Shown: positions 1 through 13,738, counted from the first letter of the stretch. The stretch: 64,000 nt of DNA from Octopus vulgaris (GCA_951406725.2 OX597834.1:15624001-15688000); one strand, 5' to 3'. Program-made: numbers and translations. Notes: generated by a model from the letters alone, not told the origin.

Positions 1-121
1 TTTTTTTTCTGTAGCTCTAGGATTTAAAAGGCCAGTTACCGGCTTCTATGACCAAGATCACAACATTTCTCCAGGTCTGTTGGAGGGTTCAAGTTTAACA
101 ATTTTTAAGAGGGGAGGATAT

Positions 122-269
122 GGATTACATCAACCACTTGATTGATACAAAAGGATGAAAGGCAAAGTTGACCCCGTTGAGATTTGAACGAAGAAAGGAA
201 AACTGATGGAAAAAATGTCACTAAGTATTTTGTCCGACGTTCTAACGATTCTACCAGCTTACTGCCTTA
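122..269 (-). mobile_element. Degenerate SINE, family B
   Basis: Matches the reverse complement of full copies (53937, 55966): aaaggatgaaaggcaaagttgac...ctaacgattctaccagct. Confidence 0.7.
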
Positions 270-712
270 TAAAGACGGTTAATGGATATTACTTAAAGTA
301 CCCGCAATGTCCCTAAATATATCCCTTTAATGCTAGTGAATGCAAGATGCTTAAAGCCTGCTATTGTTCCACCAAAATAGCCGTTTAAAGTCCCTAAACG
401 TCTGGCAATATTTCTTTGTATATAATTAGCAGGAAAACTATATTTATAAGTCCTTCCGTTTCCATCAGTCATCTACTTCTCTTCTCGTTCAGAATTTGTT
501 AGTGTACATCACTTGCAGTTCGTCAAAACTTCCAATTTCCGCCATCATTAGCTTGAAAGAGAATGTCGCTTAAATATCATCAATGCCTCCATCTTCACCA
601 GCACAAATGATCTCTTAATGACACTTCATTGAATGTCTCTTAATGACACTTTATTGCTCTCTGCAATCCCAGACTCTTCTGTTTGAATTTAGAAATGGAG
701 GACATTTAATGT

Positions 713-955
713 GGAGGCGTGTGGTTCAGTGGTGAGGGTGTTAGAATTACGATCGTAGAATTGTGGTTTCAAATCCTGAACCGGGCGATGCGTTGAGTTC
801 TTCAGCAAAATAAATCATTTCACGTTGCCCCAGTGCTATCAGCTAGCAAAAATAATTAGTTCTACGATGGATGAACCGTCGTCCCATCCGGGGTGTAAAT
901 ACGCCACCGAAACGGGGAAACTGACCCGCATGAGTCCATGGGGCTCGAGAAGAAT
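713..955 (+). mobile_element. tRNA-derived CORE-like SINE, head D + tail Z (diverged)
   Basis: A-box tggttcagtgg, B-box-like gtttcaaatcc, ttcacgttgccccag core; homologous to 35598-35860. Confidence 0.75.
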
Positions 956-1149
956 GCTTTATATCTATAATCATTTATGACGTTTGATACTCTTCAAATT
1001 TCCTCACTCTCCAATGCTTAAACGTTGTATAAATTCCATCAACGTTCTTGATCTCCATCACCTTTGGTCAGCAAGAAGACATCGCACAACAACTTTCTTC
1101 AACGTATCTAATTATTCACAATTTAAGGGTAATTAAAAGATGGTCTTTA

Positions 1150-1751
1150 AGTCTTTCGATATTGCTCAGTTCTGCCCCTTGAGATCAGCAATTAATGTCA
1201 GCTAGAAAATATTCGATATCTCACAGTCTGCAGTGTTGAAGGTCACCTATGTGTTGGTCGTTTAAACATCGCCTATGTCCCTCAGTTTCCGTCGCTGAAG
1301 CTATCCAACATTTTGACTGCTTAAACATCGGCAATATCCATCAATTTCCGCTGCTTAAGGTCTCGCATATCTGGCAGTCTCCACTACTTAAGATCAACCC
1401 ACTGATTGATCTTAAACATCGACCAAGTCCGTCAACCTTCGTTGCGTGAGGTCATCATGTGCACATCGCCAATGTCCGTCAGTCTCCGCTGTTTAAGCTC
1501 TCCAATGGTTTGACTGTTTAAACATCGGTAATGTCTGTCAATTTCCACTGTTTAAGGTTTCCAACATCTCTCACTCTCCACCGTTTAAGGTCAATCATGG
1601 GTTGACCATTTAAACATTGATAACGTCCGTCAATCTTAGTTGCTTAAGATCACCGTTCAAACATCACCAATTCCCGCCAGTTTCAGCTACTTAAGGCCAC
1701 CAATGGGTTGACCATTTAAACAAGCTGTGTCCGTCAATCTCTGCTGTTTAA
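1150..1751. repeat. Degenerate tandem repeat with ~197-bp higher-order period
   Basis: acatc(g/a)cc at 1266, 1463, 1661; acatcgg at 1325, 1522; recurring ttaag/ttaaac subunits. Confidence 0.75.
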
Positions 1752-2519
1752 TGACGACAAATGTATTTATTCTGTAGTGATTTGAAAACATAAAACGAGA
1801 AAGAAAAAGAAAAATGACATAACAAAAATGATACATTACAATAAGACAGAATTCACGAAAGATAACGCACACACACACATACACACATACACACAAACAA
1901 GCGCAGGCGCACGCACATACACGATAATAAATAAAAGATGAGACAGTGTTTCTTAGAAAAGGTTCAGGTGAAGATAATTCAAAGATAATGCCAAACATAT
2001 TTATTATGATTCAAGATTGAAACGATACTAGTTATACACGAAACTAGAGACAGACAAGAACGAAACGAAACATCTTTCAGAACAGAAAACCAGATTAGAC
2101 AACGCAGCGTAAGAAAAAGGCGGTGATAGGGAGAGTGGGCGCTGAGAGGAAAAAGGAGAAGAGGAGAGAGAGAGAGAGAAAGGAGACAAGATGATGATAG
2201 GAGACAATGTATTATTACAGTAATAGGAGATAAAGATCGGAATAAGGCATAATAATAAACCAGTTCAGCGAGTATTCAGCCATAGAAAACTTCGTCAAAC
2301 AATGGAAAATGGTTAAATCGTTAATATGAAAGCGAAAAATGAACGATGCGGAATTATCTTGTTGCAAATAAGAGAAAAATAAAAATAAAATAAAAATAAA
2401 CGTAAGATTCATTAACAACAGACAAAAGATTCTTGTTTAGAGAGGAAATAGATGACGACACGCTTGTTTTCTCGTTTTCCTTTCTGTCTTTCTTTCTTTC
2501 TCTCTTTTCCCCGCCATTA

Positions 2520-2520
<1 letters not shown>

Positions 2521-2587
<67 letters not shown>

Positions 2588-2616
2588 CATCATTATTATT
2601 ATCATCATTATTATTA

Positions 2617-2690
<74 letters not shown>

Positions 2691-2700
2691 GTTATTATTA
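2521..2700. repeat. (TTA)n microsatellite
   Basis: Seen directly. Confidence 0.98.
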
Positions 2701-2841
2701 CTAAGGGCGGCGAGCTGGCAGAATTGTTAGAGTGTCCGATCGGAAAAAAAAAGTTGCTTTTGTGCTATTTGTTCTGGTTTCCATTTTTTTTTCTTACACT
2801 GAATTCCTACATACGTTGACACACGCATAAACAGATGCGTG

Positions 2842-3490
<649 letters not shown>

Positions 3491-3828
3491 TGTCTATATA
3501 TATGTGTATGTATCACAGCTGAGATAATTATAGTGTTAGTGTACTGACGATGGAAATCAGAATGCTTCCTCTGGGCGTTGCCTAAACACTTTCTGTCTGC
3601 GTATATACACGCGGATCCATACAAATTCACCGATTGCTATCTGAAGATGAAGACGCCATAATAAAGTCACGTGTAAAGAAAAAAAAAACCCAGTTCTTTT
3701 CAGACTGAGGCTGAAATCCATTTGTTGCAATTATTTCACTTAGTATAAGGAAGAGGGAAAGGATGGGGGTGGGGAGATGGAGGTGGTGGGGGGGGGGGAT
3801 GTGCTTTTAGCTGCATTTTATTGTTTTG

Positions 3829-3859
<31 letters not shown>

Positions 3860-3927
3860 TTTCAAATTAGACAATAGACAGAGAGAAGTGCAAGATAATA
3901 AAGTGAAGAAGTGCAAGATGATAGAAA

Positions 3928-4462
3928 AGGAGAAGAAGAAGAAGAAGAAGAAGAAGAAGAAGAAGAAGAAGAAAGGGGAGGAGGAGGAGGAAAAGCAGAA
4001 GAAGAAGAAGAAGAAGAAGAAGAAGAAGAAGAAGAAGAAGAATATGAAGAAGAAAGAGGAGGTGGAAGAGAAGAGGAATGTGAGGAAGAAGAAGAAGAAT
4101 GTAAAGAAGAAAGGGGAGGAGGAGGAGGAGGAGGAGAAGAAGAAGAAGAAGAAGAAGAAGAAGAAGAAGAAGGAGAATGCGAAGAAGGAGAAGAAGAAGA
4201 ATATGAAGAAGAAAGAGGAGGTGGAAGAGAAGAGGAATGTGAGGAAGAAGAAGAAGAATGTGAAGAAGAAAGGGGAGGAGGAGAAGAAGAAGAAGAAGAA
4301 GAAGAAGAAGAAGGAGAAGAAGAAGAATATGAAGAAGAAAGAGTATGTGGAAGAGAAGAGGAATGTGAGGAAGAAGAAGAAGAAGAACAACAACAACAGG
4401 AATGTGGTGAAGAAGAAGAAGAAGAAGAAGAAGAAGAAGAAGAAGAATGTGGTGAAGAAGAA
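3928..4462. repeat. (GAA)n/(GAG)n compound repeat with internal block duplications
   Basis: Block aatatgaagaagaaagag...gaagagaagaggaatgtgagg recurs three times. Confidence 0.95.
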
Positions 4463-4478
4463 GTAGACTTCTGAAGGG

Positions 4479-4723
4479 TATGACCATAAAACGGAACGCG
4501 ATATTCATGGAAACGGCCCAGGAACGTTATTGCGGAATATGACAATTGAAACCGGCAAACGAAACGGTGACGTCCAGATATTTTGGCAGAGAATAATGAA
4601 GAACAAGTTAGGTGCTTAATCGGTGTTACTTACCAATTTGATACAAGAATGGAATACAAGGAACGTGAGACAATAGAAAAATACGAAGACCTAAAATAGA
4701 AGCTTCAAGGAATTTATAATTGC
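4479..4723 (+). pseudogene. R4/Dong-like LINE fragment, restriction-like endonuclease domain
   Basis: Manual translation with one frameshift and a stop: YDHK...RPDIL...LIGVTYQFD...KERETIEKYEDLK, resembling the RPD...K.EKY.DL REL motif. Confidence 0.6.
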
Positions 4724-4727
4724 CATA

Positions 4728-5062
4728 GGTGCAGGGGTGGCTGTGTGGTAAGAAGTTTGCTTACCGTCCACAAGGTTCCGAGTTCAGTCCCACTGTGTGT
4801 TACCTTGGGTAAGTGTCTTCTACTATAGCCACAAGCTTGCTAAAGCCTTGTGAGTGGATTTTTTAGAGGGAAACTGAAGGAAGCCCGTCGTATATTTGTA
4901 TGTGTGTGTGTTGGTGTGTTGGTGTGTTTCCGTCCCTGTAAAATAAGTACCAGATTTAAAAACCAGAGAAAAAAGCGCAGGGGTCGATTTGTTCGAGTAA
5001 ATTCTTCAAGCCTGTGCCCCAAAATGGCCGCAGTCTAATGACTCAAGCAAGTAAGGAATAAA
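4728..5062 (+). mobile_element. tRNA-derived SINE, family A (diverged)
   Basis: tggctgtgtggtaag head, agttcagtccc B-box, similar 3' end to 6267 copy. Confidence 0.85.
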
Positions 5063-6266
5063 GATGAGATTGCAACTGTAATAGTCGACTTAGCTGCCCT
5101 GGTGTTACAGAAAGGCAAGGCGTTAAAACGATTGAAGATGCCGGATATCGAAACATACTTCTTGATTTTACAGAAAAAAGCTTTCTGCTTGACACAAGGA
5201 CGAAGAGAAAGGTGTCAAGATACGTAAGGTAAAGTAGTTTGTTATTGAATAAGCCAATGCCGGTAGAGCAACAACGAAATCCTGAATGAACGAAAGGAAT
5301 AATGATAAATGTGCAGACGGGCATTCTCGAATCTTAGAGTAAATGTAAAATTACTTTATAGATTTATGTTAAAAGAAAAATTACATTAGAGATTCGTAGT
5401 CAGAAAGAAAGAGAGAAATTTATGACACGAAATCGCTGTCTTTATTTCAAAAGGTCAGAGAGTTTATGTACAGTTTAAAACAGCTAAAGCAGGGGTCAGT
5501 TTATCAGAAATTCAAAATTAGCCATTTACATAGCGCAACTTTTGTCTGTCATTGATTCAGAGCTATAATTTTGTTAAACACTGACCTCTTTCGGTCTCAA
5601 AATTCCAATAATGGGTTTTAGCCAGTTATTTAACACAACTATTGTCTGTTGTTGATGTACTGCTATAACATTGCTTCGTACCACTGTCACACATCTTTAG
5701 AGCATTCGCTCTCAAAATTCCAATAATAGGTTTTTTTTATAAGGACAATGATGAGAGTAATCAACTTAACACATCCTTCATGATCACTTATTACTGAAAA
5801 TGCATTCGCTTCAGCATGATCTTTTTCGCAGCAGCTCAGTGTCGGAACTCGAGTCCCGATGTAAAATTTTCTACGTATGTATTACAACTTATAAAGTCTA
5901 CTGTACTTTCCTAAGCCCGAACAGGAGGGACCTGGCTACATTGAAGAAGTTGTTGATCCCCGATTCCTCTGATTGGCCACCTGAGACGAGCACGGCAGAC
6001 ATCTTCATTCCTTGTATTACTGGAATCTACCATGTTGATGATGGTGAAATGTCTGAAAGAAAAATTTGGGTGCGTAGCGTATAACTTTGCGTCAAAGCGT
6101 GCATCTTTCATATATGACTTCTTAAAACTTCTTCGCAATTTAGTCGGCGCGCTAAATATAAAAATACATTTGTACAAATACATCCATACCTATACATCAG
6201 ATACATAAACATAATAATAATCAGATACATAATCAGATACATAAACATAATATATACATAGACATA

Positions 6267-6679
6267 GCGCAGGAGTGGCTGTGTGGTAAATAGCTTGTTT
6301 ACCAACCACACGGTTCCGGGTTCAGTCCCACTGCGTGGCACCTTGGGCAAGTGTCTTCTACTATAGCCTCGGGCCGACCAAAGCCTTGTGAGTGGATTTG
6401 GTAGACGGAAACTGAAAGAAGCTCGTCGTATATATGTATATATATATATATGTGTATGTGTGTGTGTTTGTGTGTCTGTGTTTGTCCCCCTAGCATTGCT
6501 TGACAACCGATGCTGGTGTGTTTATGTCCCCGTTACTTAGCGGTTCGGCAAAAGAGACCGATAGAATAAGTATTGGGCTTACAAAGAATAAGTCCCGGGA
6601 GTCGAGTTGCTCGACGAAAGGCGGTGCTCCAGCATGGCCGCACTCAAATGACTGAAACAAGTAAAAGAGTAAAAGAGTA
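6267..6679 (+). mobile_element. Full-length tRNA-derived SINE, family A
   Basis: A-box tggctgtgtgg, B-box ggttcagtccc, internal (TA)/(TG) tract, (gtaaaaga)n tail; many copies in window. Confidence 0.92.
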
Positions 6680-6769
6680 TACGTTTACATATATTTATAA
6701 ACAGGGAGAAATATAGTTGTCTCTCCGTAGATTCAAAAACAGTGAAGTACAGCCTCCATCAATTTTCGA

Positions 6770-6858
6770 ATCAGCCACTTTGCACGTTAATTTCACGAGC
6801 AGACTGTTACGTTGATCGGATCAACTGGAACGTTCGTCGTCGTAACCGACGGAGAGCC
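6770..6858 (+). mobile_element. SINE tail X fragment
   Basis: tcagccactttgcacgttaatttcacgagca...cgtaaccgacggag matches 11160-11247. Confidence 0.8.
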
Positions 6859-6872
6859 AGATACATACATAC

Positions 6873-7068
6873 ATGAAAAAGAGCCTTGACGTAGGTACAA
6901 CATTCTCAAAGTATGTAGGATTGGAGTTTGGTCGGGATAAATATTGTTATATGGTTGTGAAAAGGGGGAAAACTATAAACCAGCCTAGTAACGACTCAAT
7001 TAATGATTTGACTGTTTCCCCTGAATCTGACGAGGAATGTTACAGGTATCTCGGGGTGGATGAAAATA
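6873..7068 (+). pseudogene. R4/Dong-like LINE reverse transcriptase C-terminal fragment
   Basis: FSKYVGLEFGRDK...KRGK...YRYLGVDE resembles FS.DIG..FG.DKC...RGK...YKYLG of REL-clade RTs. Confidence 0.65.
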
Positions 7069-7402
7069 TGTCTAAAAATTTTAAAATATATCTTAAAATT
7101 TTCGTTGCGTCTTGCAACTTTTTTCAATAGTCTTGACTCAAGACTATTTAAGACTAGTCTTGACTATTGAAAAGATTGCAAGACGCAACGAAAGATTTAG
7201 GAAAACAAAGATAAGAAATAAGTGGAAATTTTACCGGTGAGTGTGTTATATTATAAGGTAGAAAAAGAAAATGACTTTCTCTCCAGATACAACAGAACAT
7301 GCTTCAACACACGAACTCATATAAAGAATCTTGCAAACCAAATCCCAAAACGAAATATATATATGTGTGTGTTTCTCTGTGTGTGTGTGTGTGTGTGTGT
7401 GT

Positions 7403-7552
7403 GACGGGCTTCTTTCAGTCTACCAAATACACTCACAAGGCTTTGGTTGGCCCGAGGCTATCGTAGAAAGACGCTTGCCCAAGATGCCACATGGTGGGAC
7501 TGAACCCAGAACCATTTGGTTGAGAAACAAGTTTCTTGTCATACAGCCACGC
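7403..7552 (-). mobile_element. SINE family A, 5' half
   Basis: Reverse complement of family A head. Confidence 0.8.
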
Positions 7553-7568
7553 GTGTGTGTATGTGTGG

Positions 7569-7661
<93 letters not shown>

Positions 7662-8003
7662 TGTGTGTATTTTACGTCTACAAATATGATTGCGGTGATG
7701 AATTAAGCCTGAAACGACATCCAGCGTCGCATGAATTATTCAGGGTCGTAGTTAGTTGTGACTGTGAGAGAAGAGAAGACTAATTGAAATAAAGTACGGA
7801 AGGCCGGAAGAAGAATAATGTTATTGTAACAAGGTTTAATCTGTCCCTGCCTGTCTCTCTCTCACCTTTTCCGTCTCACTCCTCCTTTCCCGTTCTCTGT
7901 CTCTATCTCCCTCCCACCATTTCTCTCTCTCTCTCACTTCACCATACATGTATCTATATATGTATATATATATACACATATACACATATATTAACGACAT
8001 ATA

Positions 8004-8050
<47 letters not shown>

Positions 8051-8096
8051 TCACAGATGTATATATATATTATTTATTTATAAATATATGTGCAGG

Positions 8097-8136
<40 letters not shown>

Positions 8137-8176
8137 CACATATATATATATAAACACACACACACTCACAAATATA

Positions 8177-8215
<39 letters not shown>

Positions 8216-8557
8216 GGATGGATGTATATATGTTTATTATTTATTTATAAGTATTTGTTCAGGTGTGTCTCTTGTGTGTTGCACTGACTGTGTCTGTGCG
8301 CTCGTGCGTGTATACATGCGTGTGCACGTTTGTGTACATGCTTATGTATGTGTGTGTATGTGTGTGCGCATGTGTGATAACCTGGATTATGTTGTGTGAA
8401 TAATTGTCAAACTGTAACATCAAAACAGAGGAAGAGAATGTATCTATCTTTCATTTCTTTCTCCTTCTCTCTCTCTCTCTCTCCCCTCTCACACATAGTT
8501 TCTTTCCTAACCATATATTTCTGGGTTCTGACTGACTGCGTGGTACTTTAGTCAATT

Positions 8558-8646
8558 ACTTTCTATTATAGCCTCAGGCCAACCAAAGCCTTGTGAGTGG
8601 ATTCGGTAGACGGAAACTGAAAGAAGACTGTCGTGTATCAATAGAC

Positions 8647-8695
<49 letters not shown>

Positions 8696-8968
8696 GGCAC
8701 AGGAGTGGCTGTGTCGAGCCGACCAAAACCTTGTGAGTGTATCTGCTAGACGGAAACTGAAAGAAGCCAATGGTGTATGTGCGTGTGTGTGTGTGTTTGT
8801 TCCCGCTACATCGCTTGACAACCGATGGTGGTGTGTCTTAGCGTAACTTAGCGGTTCGGCGAAAGAATCGATAGAATAAGTACTAGGCTTACAAACAATA
8901 AGTCCAGGGGTCGATTTCTTCGACTAAAAGCAGTGCTCCACCATGGCCGCAGTCAAATGACTGCTATA

Positions 8969-8970
<2 letters not shown>
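8558..8970 (+). mobile_element. Two partial family A SINEs separated by (TA)n
   Basis: ccaaagccttgtgagtgga / cggaaactgaaagaag occurs twice; 3' end ggccgcagtcaaatgact. Confidence 0.8.
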
Positions 8971-9015
<45 letters not shown>

Positions 9016-9033
9016 AACACAAAATAGACACAC

Positions 9034-9089
<56 letters not shown>

Positions 9090-9092
<3 letters not shown>

Positions 9093-9356
9093 AACAATTA
9101 AGGATAACCTCTTAATAAGGAATCTTAACAAGAAATTATCAGGTAGTTAGCGTGAAAAACCTCATAAGAGAAAAAATTCGAAAAGAATTTTTTTCTTTTG
9201 AACATATTAATCATATTGTATAGAGGGCATTATTACACATAAATGCCTCACACTAAGAGGGACATAAGTCATTACTACCAAAATTACACTAATTTTGGTA
9301 GTAATGACTTATGTCCCTCTTAGTGTGAGGCATTTATGTGTAATAATGCCCTCTAT

Positions 9357-9363
<7 letters not shown>
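9090..9363. mobile_element. (TA)n-embedded insert ending in a perfect 74-bp-arm palindrome (Penelope-like remnant, inferred)
   Basis: 9213-9286 is the exact reverse complement of 9290-9363, loop cac; TA tracts on both sides. Confidence 0.6.
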
Positions 9364-9404
<41 letters not shown>

Positions 9405-9405
<1 letters not shown>

Positions 9406-9616
9406 GTGTGTATATTTTGTGTTTGTCCCTACCAATGCTTAACAACCGGTATTGGTTTTCTTATTCTCCGCAACTTAGCGGCTCGGCAAATAGAAACCCG
9501 TTGTATAAGTAGCAGCCCTAGGAAATGTACTAGGGTCGATTCGTTCAGCTAAACACTTCTAGGTGGTGCCCCAGTATGGCCGCAGTCTAATGACTGAAAC
9601 ATGTAAGAGATAAAAG
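9405..9616 (+). mobile_element. SINE family A, 3' half (diverged)
   Basis: acttagcggctcggcaaa...ggccgcagtctaatgactgaaac. Confidence 0.75.
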
Positions 9617-9654
9617 ATACATACATGTATGTGTGCCTGCCTGATAGGTAGATG

Positions 9655-10404
<750 letters not shown>

Positions 10405-10516
10405 GTTTGTCATAGAAAGAAAATGGGGTGCTTACTCACCTTGGTTTTCGAGAAACCCGAAAGTTCCAGGCTTCTCTAATGCGGCAATATAGCATTTGTT
10501 TCTAAGACACACAAAT

Positions 10517-10765
10517 GGGGGAACGTGGTTTAGTTGTTAGGGGTGTTGGATTCGTGATAGTAAGATTGTGGTTTCGATTTCTGAGCCGAACGATGCGTTG
10601 CATTCTTGAGCAAAATACTTCATTTCACGTTGCCCCAGTCCATTCAGCTGGTAAAAATGAGCAATCCTTCGACGGACAGGCGTCCCATCCAGGGGGGAAA
10701 ATTTCAAACGCCAAAGAATCCAGGAAACCGACCTTATGTGTCTATATGACTACGGAGGGGACTTT
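10517..10765 (+). mobile_element. SINE head D + tail Z (diverged)
   Basis: Homologous to 35598-35860. Confidence 0.78.
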
Positions 10766-10854
10766 ATCCACTTTTTCTAAAGCACGAGAACAGGAGTTGC
10801 AAAGGAAAAATGGGATGCGAAATTGACCTTTGAACTGAGAAGTAAATATACAGA

Positions 10855-11257
10855 GTGGAGGCGCAATGGCCCAGTGGTTAGGGCAGCGGACTCGCGGTCA
10901 TAGGATCGCGGTTTCGATTCCCAGACCGGGCGTTGTGAGTGTTTATTGAGCGAAAACACCTAAAGCTCCACGAGGCTCCGGCAGGGGCTGGTGGTGATCC
11001 CTGCTGTACTCTTTCACCACAGGTGATCCCTGCTGTACTCTTTCACTCTTACTTCCTGTTTCTGTTGTACCTGTATTTCAAAGGGCCGGCCTCGTCACTC
11101 TCTGTGCCACGCTGAATATCCCCGAGAACTGCGTTAGGGGTACACGTGTCTGTGGAGTGCTCAGCCACTTGCACGTTAATTTCACGAGCAGGCTGTTCCG
11201 TTGATTTGGATCAACCGGAACCCTCGTCATCGTAACCGACGGAGTGCTTCAAAAAAC
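10855..11257 (+). mobile_element. tRNA-derived SINE, head C + tail X, 10-bp TSD
   Basis: tggcccagtggttagg A-box, gtttcgattccc B-box; aatatacaga at 10845-10854 and 11258-11267. Confidence 0.9.
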
Positions 11258-11361
11258 AATATACAGAAAATATTCTTCCTCGGGTTATAACGATTTTACC
11301 AGCTTGCGAACCTAATAATAATGATAATAATAATTTCAAGTTTAACGTCTAAATTGATAAT

Positions 11362-11766
11362 ACTCTCTTTTACTCTTTACTCTTTTACTTGTTTCAGTCA
11401 TTTGACTGCGGCCATGCTGGAGCACCGCCTTTAATCGAACAACTCGACCCCCGGAACTTATTCTTTTGTAAGCCCAGTACTTATTCTATCGGTCTCTTTT
11501 GCCGAACCGCTAAGTAACGGGGACATAAATATACCGGCATCGGTTGTCAAGCAATGCTAGGGGGACAAACACAGACACACACGCATATATATATACATAT
11601 ATACGACGGGCTTCTTTCAGTTTCCGTCTGCCAAATCCACTCACAAGGCTTTGGTCGGCCCGAGGCTATAGCAGAAGACACTTGCCCAAGGTGCCACGCA
11701 GTGGGACTGAACCCGGAACCATGCGGTTGGTAAACAAGCTATTTACCAGACAGCCACTCCTGCGCC
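11362..11766 (-). mobile_element. Full-length SINE family A with ~46-bp flanking duplication
   Basis: Reverse complement of 6267 copy; flanks 11316-11361 and 11769-11814. Confidence 0.92.
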
Positions 11767-12246
11767 TATAATAATAATAATAATAATTTCAAGTTTAACG
11801 TCTAAATTGATAATGTCTCATCATGTTTTTTTTTCCTTCTTTACCGCAGCGGCCATTATCAGTCTTGTTTTATTTTTAGGCAGGAACGAAGCTTTTAAAT
11901 AATTAAGTGTAGTCATAGGTAAAAATCAAATAATGCTAATTTGCAATAAGTACGTCCATGCTGGTGGCCAAGAGGTGAATATCGAACTGTCTGACTTCTT
12001 TTAAACGGTGTTAAACGTTTGTGACATAGGGTGTTAAATGGTTGTGACATGTAGTGTTAAACGGTTATGAAATATGGCAACAAGCAAGTGAAATGAAGTG
12101 GACACCTTTCTTTCTTTCTGTCAGCTTATGAATTTTAAATAGTGCTAATTTCAAAACCGCAGCAATCGAAGAATTGTGTGCAGAAATATAGCGAGACTAG
12201 GAACTTTCAGGCACTAATTGCAACCGAATTAATCGGGGGTGTATTA

Positions 12247-12818
12247 TTGGGTTGTCCGGAAAGTTCGTGCCGATTTATAGTAGCTTACATTTCGACTTAT
12301 TTTAGAACATGGTTGAGTCATTAAAATATGATTTGACTACACCTCCATTTAGAGTACAGTTTAAGCTATCTTTTCGTGGAAGAAGATTTGTGTTCCTATA
12401 ACCTGTGTTAATTCTGTAATCCATTAAAATGGAAGATGAGAAAGTTCATTTTCGGCACTTGATGCTTTGAGAACCAGACAAAATTTGCTGCAGCTCGGCT
12501 GGGATGTGTTGCTACACCCTCCATATTCACTAGATATTGCTCCTTCGGATTTCCACTTATTCAGGTCTCTGCAGAATAGTCTTAATGATAAAAATTTCAA
12601 TTCCTTGGATGACGTAAAAAGATACCTTGATGAATTCTTTGCCATGAAACCACCTCAATTCTGGGAAGAGAGTATTTTCAAGTTAATGGAAAAATGGAGT
12701 CGCATTGTGCAACAAAATGGTTCATATTTGGTTGATTAAAAATGTAATGGCAAGTATCTATTGACCCTTTTTTTTTCCTTTTAAAATCGGCACGGCACGA
12801 ACTTTCCGGACAACCCAA
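12247..12818 (+). mobile_element. Internally deleted mariner transposon
   Basis: TIRs ttgggttgtccggaaagttcgtgccg / cggcacgaactttccggacaacccaa with TA on both sides; MEDEKVHFRHLML start (12429) fused to the C-terminus. Confidence 0.92.
12467..12739 (+). pseudogene. Mariner transposase C-terminal fragment
   Basis: LGWDVLLHPPYSLDIAPSDFHLFRSLQ (YSPDLAPSD motif) and W..IVQQNG.Y ending. Confidence 0.9.
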
Positions 12819-13074
12819 TAGTTTAACAGAGATATTAGTTAAACGTCCAAGATAAATTGAAGAAGTATTTAATGTTTCGGACCTATGCTGAGATGAGAAG
12901 ACAGAGAAGATGAAAGGAGACAACTGGAGAAAGACTTCCGAGCACGAGATATATAAAATATTTTACTCGCTTCAGAATTTGGACTATGGCCATGCTGGGG
13001 CACTTCCTTCAAATGTTTAGTCGAACAAATCAACCTCAGTAATTATTAGGATAAGTCTGGTACTTATCCTAATA

Positions 13075-13486
13075 CAGGAGTGGCTGTGTGGTAAGTAGCT
13101 TGCTTACCAACCACATGGTTCTGGGTTCATTCCCACTGCGTGACACCTTGGGCAAGTGTCTTCTTCTATAGCCTCGGGCCGACCAAAGCCTTGTGAGTGG
13201 ATTTGGTTGACGGAAACTGAAAGAAGACCGTCGTATGTATGTATATATGTATGTGTGTGTTTGTGTGTATATATGTTTGAGTGTCTGTGTTTGTCCCCTC
13301 AACATCGCTTGACAACTGATGCTGGTGTGTTTACATCCCCACAACTTAGAGGTTCTTCAAAAGAGACCGATAGATTAAGTACTAGGCTTACAAAGAATAA
13401 GTCCTGGGGTCGATTTGCTCGACTACAGGCGGTGCTCCAGCATGGCCGCAGTCAAATGGCTGAAACAAGTAAAAGAGTAAAGAGTA
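13075..13486 (+). mobile_element. Full-length SINE family A, nested in an older minus-strand copy (12960-13070, 13510-13706)
   Basis: Same head, body and tail as 6267 copy; flanks match family A reverse complement. Confidence 0.9.
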
Positions 13487-13738
13487 TCCAATCGATGTGT
13501 TTTGCCTAGATTCGCTAAACAAACCAACACCGGTTGTCAAACAGGTGGGGTTGTATATTCAAACACAGGCACACACGCACACACATATACGGCAGGATTC
13601 CACACAGTTTCCTCAACCAAATTCACTCACAAGGCATTGGTCAACCCGAGGCTAGAGTAGACGCGGATCTGAACCCGAAAGCACATGTCTCTTAACCACA
13701 CAGCCTTCACTCCCAGTGGTTCTTAAGCTAATTAACCC

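Noticed and set aside
3544-3690. CTGACGA and CTGAAGA heptamers
   Set aside because: No stem II, GAAA and stem I arrangement could be built
3777-4545. Poly-Glu/Lys/Ser ORFs
   Set aside because: Open in most frames because (GAA)n has no stops; no domain or splice evidence
5519-5735. Diverged two-unit duplication (tctcaaaattccaataat twice)
   Set aside because: Ordinary local duplication with no further signal
5800-6084. 94-aa ORF in non-repetitive sequence
   Set aside because: No recognisable domain or convincing splice sites
6108-6506. Recurrent peptide [29 protein letters not shown] in many ORFs
   Set aside because: Antisense translation of SINE family A, not a gene family
10857-10930. tRNA-like sequences at SINE heads
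   Set aside because: A and B boxes are present but run into SINE bodies with TSDs; no complete cloverleaf
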